From NCBI GenBank assembly GCA_021793235.1, contig JAJYTD010000024.1, positions 1 to 57,649 on the forward strand: a stretch of 57,649 bases of DNA. Reading direction: 5' to 3'. Source of the DNA: Actinomycetes bacterium (GTDB lineage: Bacteria; Actinomycetota; Actinomycetes; Streptosporangiales; Streptosporangiaceae). This document shows positions 50,397 through 57,649 of this stretch, in pieces (the first letter of the stretch is position 1; each line of letters opens with the position of its first letter). The position numbers were made by a program, and so were the translations under genes. A model generated the notes under the pieces. That model did not search any database. It saw only the letters and a program-made list of their open reading frames with translations, and had not been told where the DNA came from.

Positions 50397-50550
50397 GTGT
50401 CGCCGCCCCCTTCATGCGAGCATCGCTATGTGGTTGTGCAGAGTGTCTTCTCCCCTGGCTGGGGCGCCCGCGCAGCACCAAGGCCGCGGGCCCATCCCCC
50501 GGTTGGGCCCGGCATGCGGGCACGGAGGGCCGGGACGGCTCCCGGCGTGG

Positions 50551-50982
50551 TCACCGGTCCTGTTCGGGCGGCGGAGAGGTGTTGAAGAGCGTCACCGTGG
50601 TCCGCCGAACCGGGATGAGTTCGCCGCCCTGGGACTGGGCGGAGGTGCGGCGGGCGACCGCGCTGCGCGCCGCCTGCAGTTCGTTGTGCAGATGGAAGAG
50701 GTGGTCGCGCAGTTCCGCCACCTCGCGCTGGAGCTCCAGGATGCGCTTGATCCCGGCGAGGTTGATGCCCTCCTCCTGGGACAGCCGCTGCACCTCGCGG
50801 AGCATCTGGATGTCGCGCATCGAGTAGCGCCGGCCCCGTCCCGATGCCCGGCCCGGAGAGACCAGGCCGAGCCGGTCGTACTGGCGCAGCGTCTGCGGAT
50901 GCAGTCCGGACAGTTCAGCGGCGACGGAGATCACATAGACCGGGATGTCGTCACCGAACGGTGGATTGGTCATCGCATTCAC
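50551..50982 (-). CDS. hspR: Heat-shock repressor HspR (MerR family)
   Basis: MerR HTH ([29 protein letters not shown]). Located at the end of the dnaK operon; its start overlaps the dnaJ stop. Confidence 0.85.
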   Translation of the reverse strand: MNAMTNPPFGDDIPVYVISVAAELSGLHPQTLRQYDRLGLVSPGRASGRGRRYSMRDIQMLREVQRLSQEEGINLAGIKRILELQREVAELRDHLFHLHNELQAARSAVARRTSAQSQGGELIPVRRTTVTLFNTSPPPEQDR

Positions 50983-52136
50983 ATCCCTTTCGCCCGCGCT
51001 TCGAGTCCGTTGCGCGGATCCTGGTCCGCTGTGGCGGCGCGGAACTTCTCCAGGGCCTCCCTGGCGTCGTTGTTCAGGTTCTTCGGTACCGCCACCTCGA
51101 TGGTGACGAGCATGTCACCCTTTGTTCCGTCACGCCGTGTCGACCCTTTGCCCCGGACCCGGAACGTGCGCCCGTTCGGGGTGCCCGGGGGGATCTTCAC
51201 GGTGACGGGAAGTCCATTGAGCGTCGGCACCCGCACATCGGCGCCGAGCACTGCCTCGGGGAAGGTCACCGGGACGGTGATCGTCAGGTTGTCGCCGGTC
51301 TTGCCGAACACGGGGTGCGGCTGCACATGTACCACCACATAGAGGTCTCCGGCCGGTCCGCCGTGCTCGCCCGGCGCACCCTTGCCCTTGATTCGGATCC
51401 GCTGCCCGTCGGACACGCCGGCCGGGATCCGCGCCTGCACCGTCCGGGAGCTCTTGCCCCGGCCGCTGCCCTGGCAGGTGGGGCACGGGTCGTCGACGAC
51501 GAGCCCGCGGCCCTTGCATTCGCTGCACGGCTCCGACAACGAGAAGCCGCCCAGGTTCGTGTTCTCATGTCCGGTCCCCGCGCATTTGGGGCACACCCGG
51601 GGACTGCTTCCGGCGTTGGCGCCGGTGCCCTTGCACGTGGGGCAGGCGGCATCGCTGCTGAGCCGGAACGACCGGGTGACTCCGGTGGCCGCCTCGTCGA
51701 AGGTCAGCCGGGTCTCGGTCTCCACGTCAGCGCCGCGGCGGGCCTGCGTCGTGGTCCGTCCTCGGCCGCCGAACAGCCCGCCGAACAAGTCGCTCAGCCG
51801 CTCGCCGCCACCGCCGCTACCGCCGGCTCCGCCTCCGCCGAACAGGTCGCCGAGGTCGAACCCGCCTGCCCCGGTCTGTCCGCCCGGCCGGTAGGAGCTC
51901 CCGAACAGCGACCGCGCGTTGTCGTACTCCTTGCGCCGTTTCTCGTCGGAAAGGACGGAGTAGGCCTCGGAGATCTCCTTGAAGCGCTCCTCGGCCTTGG
52001 GGTCGCTCTTGTTGGCGTCGGGGTGGTTCTCGCGCGCGAGCTTGCGATAGGACTGCTTGATCTCGTCCTGCGTGGCCGTCTTTGAGACTCCGAGGACCTT
52101 GTAGTAGTCCTTCTCCAGGTAGTCCTTGGTGCTCAT
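50979..52136 (-). CDS. dnaJ: Chaperone DnaJ
   Basis: J domain ([31 protein letters not shown]), G/F region, four CxxCxGxG zinc-finger repeats. Trimmed to Met 52136. Confidence 0.9.
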   Translation of the reverse strand: MSTKDYLEKDYYKVLGVSKTATQDEIKQSYRKLARENHPDANKSDPKAEERFKEISEAYSVLSDEKRRKEYDNARSLFGSSYRPGGQTGAGGFDLGDLFGGGGAGGSGGGGERLSDLFGGLFGGRGRTTTQARRGADVETETRLTFDEAATGVTRSFRLSSDAACPTCKGTGANAGSSPRVCPKCAGTGHENTNLGGFSLSEPCSECKGRGLVVDDPCPTCQGSGRGKSSRTVQARIPAGVSDGQRIRIKGKGAPGEHGGPAGDLYVVVHVQPHPVFGKTGDNLTITVPVTFPEAVLGADVRVPTLNGLPVTVKIPPGTPNGRTFRVRGKGSTRRDGTKGDMLVTIEVAVPKNLNNDAREALEKFRAATADQDPRNGLEARAKGM

Positions 52137-52262
52137 CGACGTCTGCCTTCTCCCGCTTCGCGCTCGCTGTGCTTCTTGGCTGGTAGGGGCGGTCTCCAAC
52201 TGCCGGGAGGCCGGGTGGGCCCGCCCCGGGCGCCGTGTGGGCGTCCGGGGCGGGACCGACTG

Positions 52263-53003
52263 CTACTGCTTCTCGTTGTCGTCACCGACTTCGGGGGAGT
52301 CCGCGGACTCGTCCGGGGCCGCCCCCGGGTCCTCCTCCGCGGCTTCCTCCGTGGCTTCCTGTGCGGCCTCCTGCGGCGTGTCGGTCCCGGCCGTGTCGCC
52401 GATCGGGTCCGCCACGACCACGCGGGCCGGTCGCAGGACCCGCTCCCCGATGAGGTACCCCGGCTGGAACACCTCGATCACCGACTGGACGGTGATCTCG
52501 GGGTCCGGAGAGGGCACCAGCGTCAGGGCCTCGTGCACGGTGGGGTCGAACTCGTCGCCCTTCTCCCCGTACTTCTGCAGGCCCAGCTTGGTGGCGAGCG
52601 CCTCCAAGGCCTCCCCGACCGATTTGAACCCGCCGTTGAGCTCGTTGTGCTCGCGGGCCCGGCCGATGTCGTCCAGGATGGGCAGCAGTTCGCTCACGAC
52701 CCGGGCCGTCTCCTGCTCCCGGACGGCCGTCCGGTCGCGGTCCACCCGCTTGCGGTAGTTGGCGTACTCCGCCTGCAACCGCTTGAGGTCGTCGGTGCGT
52801 TCAGCAAGCTGCTCCCGTACCGTGGCGAGTTCCGCGCCGTCGGCGGTACCCGCTTCGGGTTCGGACGGCACCTGGGAGTCCGCGGCGGGTGCCGACTCAC
52901 CCTCCGGGGTGCGCAGTTCGCCCGTCTCAGGATCGATGCGCCGCTTGTCGCGGATCACCGGCCCCTCCTGCTCCTGGCCGTTCTCGTTCTCCGGTAGCGC
53001 CAT
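52263..53003 (-). CDS. grpE: Nucleotide exchange factor GrpE
   Basis: GrpE core (LKRLQAEYANYRKRVDRD...FDPTVHEA) with acidic tails. Confidence 0.9.
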   Translation of the reverse strand: MALPENENGQEQEGPVIRDKRRIDPETGELRTPEGESAPAADSQVPSEPEAGTADGAELATVREQLAERTDDLKRLQAEYANYRKRVDRDRTAVREQETARVVSELLPILDDIGRAREHNELNGGFKSVGEALEALATKLGLQKYGEKGDEFDPTVHEALTLVPSPDPEITVQSVIEVFQPGYLIGERVLRPARVVVADPIGDTAGTDTPQEAAQEATEEAAEEDPGAAPDESADSPEVGDDNEKQ

Positions 53004-53038
53004 GTCGCTGACCCTCCTTGACTTCCGCTTTTCCCGGG

Positions 53039-54886
<1,848 letters not shown>

Positions 54887-54957
54887 GAGTACGTCCTCCG
54901 TCAGAGTTGAGTCTTACGGGCGTAAGTTTGCTTCGCCTTACGTTCAGTGTCAAATCA

Positions 54958-54978
54958 CTTGAGTCGACTCGGCTCAAT
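54958..54978. promoter_or_regulatory. HAIR-like HspR operator candidate CTTGAGT-N7-GCTCAAT upstream of dnaK (additional CTTACG/CGTAAG repeats nearby)
   Basis: Seen 70-90 bp upstream of the dnaK start. The HAIR consensus is CTTGAGT-N7-ACTCAAG. Confidence 0.4.
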
Positions 54979-55349
54979 GTTGTTTCGTATGTCTGTAACG
55001 GAAGAGATCTTGAGGTTGTTCCCGGTTGTCCGTACGAGTCTCGCGGACCTTACGCGCGCCGTCTGCTGAGCCACGCGCGAACCAGGGGTATCTCAGGGCC
55101 GATCCGGACCCGGCTCAGGGGGCGGGGCGGCTGCTACTGGTGGAACCCCTGATGTGCGGTGCAACGGAATCTGGGAGCCTCGCCTGAGGAATTGGGACCC
55201 CGCGTGCTCTTCTGGTCGCAGCGCTCAGTAACCTGGTAAGTCGCCTGAGCAGGGCAATTGTCTGTCTTATACGGCTCAGGGTTCCGTCGCGGATGGCCGG
55301 TCCGCTGCGGCGGTAGGCCGACCGTGCGGTCGGCGCGGTGATCCACCGA

Positions 55350-55369
55350 CTACTACTGGCTAGTAACAT
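55350..55369. promoter_or_regulatory. 20-mer CTACTACTGGCTAGTAACAT shared with the fadE upstream region
   Basis: Seen 62 bp upstream of the Fe-S oxidoreductase start. The near-identical 20-mer CTACTACTCGGTAGTAACAT lies on the coding strand of fadE at 25039-25058. Confidence 0.45.
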
Positions 55370-55430
55370 AGGGTGGAGCTCCGTTGTGTGGCGCAGCGGA
55401 GTACGACAGCAGGATGGGAGGCCGCGGGCG

Positions 55431-57608
55431 ATGCTCAACATCGTTCTGGGGGTCATCACGACCGTCTTCGCCGCGGTCGGGGTCGCCATGTTCGCACTCG
55501 GCATCCGCCAGATGGTGCGAACCGTGGGCCTCGGCCGCCCGGTGGAAGCGGACCGCAAAGGGCCCTTCGGTCGGCGTCTGACGAATACGCTGATCGAGAC
55601 GCTCGGGCACACACGCATGCTCAAGTGGCGCTGGATCGGCGTCGCGCACTGGTTCGTCATGGTCTCGTTCCCGGCGCTCGCGTTCACGGTGGTCGAGGCG
55701 CACGGCGAGGTGTGGGACCCCTACTTCCACCTGCCGATCATCTACGACTGGGCGGTCTACGGCCTGTTCATCGAGGCCATCGCCGCGCTGAGCCTGGTCT
55801 CCATCCTGGGCCTGATCATTTACCGCCAGGTCAAAGGGGCCAAGCGGCTGGGGCGCGCCTCCCGCTTCGAGAACTCCCGGCACTGGCAGGCCTACTACGT
55901 CGAGGCCTACATCCTCGCCCTGGTCGTCTCGATCTTCGTGATCCGCGGCTTCAAGGTCGCGCTCGGCGACTTCGCGTTCCCCGTGTGGGCCACTCCGCTG
56001 TCGCACGCGATGGGCGCCGTCCTGCCGGCCAGCGAGGCCGGCCTGTCCCTGGTGGCCGCGTTCAAGCTGATCATCTCGTGGCTGTTCTTCATGGTCCTGG
56101 CCATGGTCTTGACCATGGGCATCGGCTGGCACCGGTTCACCGCGCCGTTCAACATCTACTTCAAGCGCAATGACGACGGCAGCCCCGCACTGGGCGGCGC
56201 CAAGCCGATGCTCGGCAACGACGGCAAGCCCCTCGACTTCGAGGAGGCCGACCCCGACGAGGACCCGTTCGGTGTCGGCAAGATCGAGGAGTTCACCTGG
56301 AAGGGCCTGCTCGACTTCACCACCTGCACCGAGTGCGGCCGGTGCCAGTCGCAGTGCCCTGCCTGGAACACCGGAAAGCCGCTCTCCCCCAAGAAGCTGG
56401 TCATGGACCTGCGGGAGCACGCCTACGCCAAGGCGCCCTACCTGCTGCAGGGGGTCACCGCCGAGTCCCTCGCCGAGCAGCAGGACGACAGCCACGCCGG
56501 GATGGACGTCCTGGCCCTCCTGGAGAAGCCCCTGGTGGGCACCGAGGAGGAGGGCGGTGTCATCCACCCCGACGTCCTGTGGTCCTGCACCAACTGCGGC
56601 GCCTGCGTCGAGCAGTGCCCGGTCGACATCGAGCACATCGACCACATCCTCGACATGCGCCGCTACCAGGTGATGATCGAGTCGAGCTTCCCCTCCGAGG
56701 CGAACACGCTGCTGAAGAACCTGGAGAACAAGGGCAACCCGTGGGGCATGAGCGAGGAGAAGCGCCTCGACTGGATCGCTGAGCTCGACTTCGAGGTGCC
56801 CGTGGTCGAGGACAAGCTCCCCGAAGGGACGGAGTACCTGTTCTGGGTCGGCTGCGCCGGCGCCCTGGAGGACCGCGCCAAGAAGACCACAAAGGCCATC
56901 GCCGAGCTGCTGCACATGGCCGACGTCAAGTTCGCGGTGCTCGGCGGAATGGAGGCCTGCACCGGCGATCCGGCCCGCCGCCTGGGCATGGAGTACGTCT
57001 TCCAGATGCTGGCCCAGCAGAACGTCGAGACGCTCAACGAAGCCGGTGTCACCAAGATCGTGGCCAGCTGCCCGCACTGCTTCAACACGCTCGGCAACGA
57101 GTACCCGCAGCTCGGCGGCGAGTACGAGGTCGTCCACCACAGCCAGTTGCTGGCCAAGCTCGTGGAGGAGGGCCGGCTCACCCCGGTCCAGCCGATCGAG
57201 GAGAACATCACCTACCACGACCCGTGCTTCCTGGGGCGGCACAACAAGGTCTACACCCCGCCCCGCGACATCATGGCGCAGGTGCCCGGCATCACCACCA
57301 AGGAGATGCACCGGCACAAGGAGCGCGGCTTCTGCTGCGGCGCGGGCGGTGCGCGGATGTGGATGGAGGAGCGCATCGGCAAGCGCATCAACACCGAGCG
57401 CGTGGACGAGGCGCTGACGACCGACCCCGACACCGTCTCCACCGCGTGCCCGTTCTGTCAGGTGATGCTCGGCGACGCGATCAACGAGAAGAAGTCCAAG
57501 GGTGAGGCCAAGGAGACCTTGGAGGTCGTGGACGTCTCCCAGCTCCTGCTCCGCTCGGTCAAGGGCGAGGCCCCGACCGAGGAGGACCCGGAGAAGGAGA
57601 ACGCCTGA
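55431..57608 (+). CDS. Membrane-anchored (Fe-S)-binding oxidoreductase (N-terminal multi-TM domain + 2x[4Fe-4S] + CCG domains; heterodisulfide-reductase-like)
   Basis: N-terminal TM helices. Ferredoxin-type CxxCxxCxxxCP motifs (CTECGRCQSQCP; CTNCGACVEQCP). Two Cys-rich CCG regions. An RBS GGGAGG precedes the ATG at 55431. Confidence 0.8.
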   Translation: MLNIVLGVITTVFAAVGVAMFALGIRQMVRTVGLGRPVEADRKGPFGRRLTNTLIETLGHTRMLKWRWIGVAHWFVMVSFPALAFTVVEAHGEVWDPYFHLPIIYDWAVYGLFIEAIAALSLVSILGLIIYRQVKGAKRLGRASRFENSRHWQAYYVEAYILALVVSIFVIRGFKVALGDFAFPVWATPLSHAMGAVLPASEAGLSLVAAFKLIISWLFFMVLAMVLTMGIGWHRFTAPFNIYFKRNDDGSPALGGAKPMLGNDGKPLDFEEADPDEDPFGVGKIEEFTWKGLLDFTTCTECGRCQSQCPAWNTGKPLSPKKLVMDLREHAYAKAPYLLQGVTAESLAEQQDDSHAGMDVLALLEKPLVGTEEEGGVIHPDVLWSCTNCGACVEQCPVDIEHIDHILDMRRYQVMIESSFPSEANTLLKNLENKGNPWGMSEEKRLDWIAELDFEVPVVEDKLPEGTEYLFWVGCAGALEDRAKKTTKAIAELLHMADVKFAVLGGMEACTGDPARRLGMEYVFQMLAQQNVETLNEAGVTKIVASCPHCFNTLGNEYPQLGGEYEVVHHSQLLAKLVEEGRLTPVQPIEENITYHDPCFLGRHNKVYTPPRDIMAQVPGITTKEMHRHKERGFCCGAGGARMWMEERIGKRINTERVDEALTTDPDTVSTACPFCQVMLGDAINEKKSKGEAKETLEVVDVSQLLLRSVKGEAPTEEDPEKENA

Positions 57609-57649
57609 TCCCTGCCGCTGCCTGAACCGTCCTGCGGCCGCGGCCCGTG

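Noticed and set aside
50397-50550. HAIR (HspR) operator upstream of clpB
   Set aside because: No CTTGAGT/ACTCAAG-like inverted repeat was found in the gap. clpB is noted instead as possibly co-transcribed with the dnaK operon.
55353-57317. 654-aa minus-strand ORF
   Set aside because: Antisense to the Fe-S oxidoreductase gene, which carries clear ferredoxin and CCG motifs.

Overview
High-GC (about 70%) actinobacterial chromosomal segment carrying mostly core metabolic and stress genes: glycine-betaine synthesis (aldehyde dehydrogenase + choline oxidase), a purL/purQ/purS cluster interrupted by an RsbW-like anti-sigma gene, an ECF sigma factor, a branched-chain 2-oxoacid dehydrogenase E1alpha/E1beta/E2 operon, an OmpA-family lipoprotein, an acyl-CoA dehydrogenase, a Zur-box-preceded FecBCDE-type ABC importer plus MFS locus, and the dnaK-grpE-dnaJ-hspR-clpB heat-shock block. 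Two low-GC islands (about 16.85-19.45 kb and 24.97-25.2 kb) hold a lipoprotein gene, a decayed unclassified ORF, palindromes, and a Rpn/PD-(D/E)XK nuclease gene. The most unusual content is a divergent locus at 27.1-36.9 kb. On one side NfeD-like, flotillin (SPFH) and a 1678-aa giant protein with an embedded MoxR/AAA_5-type ATPase module read in the same direction, with flotillin and the giant gene translationally coupled. On the other side three small uncharacterised proteins are translationally coupled. Non-coding signals worth a second look include two copies of an identical 18-bp-arm extended hairpin about 5 kb apart, a Zur-box-like 7-1-7 palindrome, a 20-mer shared by two distant promoters, a CRISPR-repeat-like direct-repeat pair without cas genes, and several operator-like palindromes. 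No tRNA or rRNA genes were found. All calls rest on reading the sequence and the ORF translations by eye; no searches were run.
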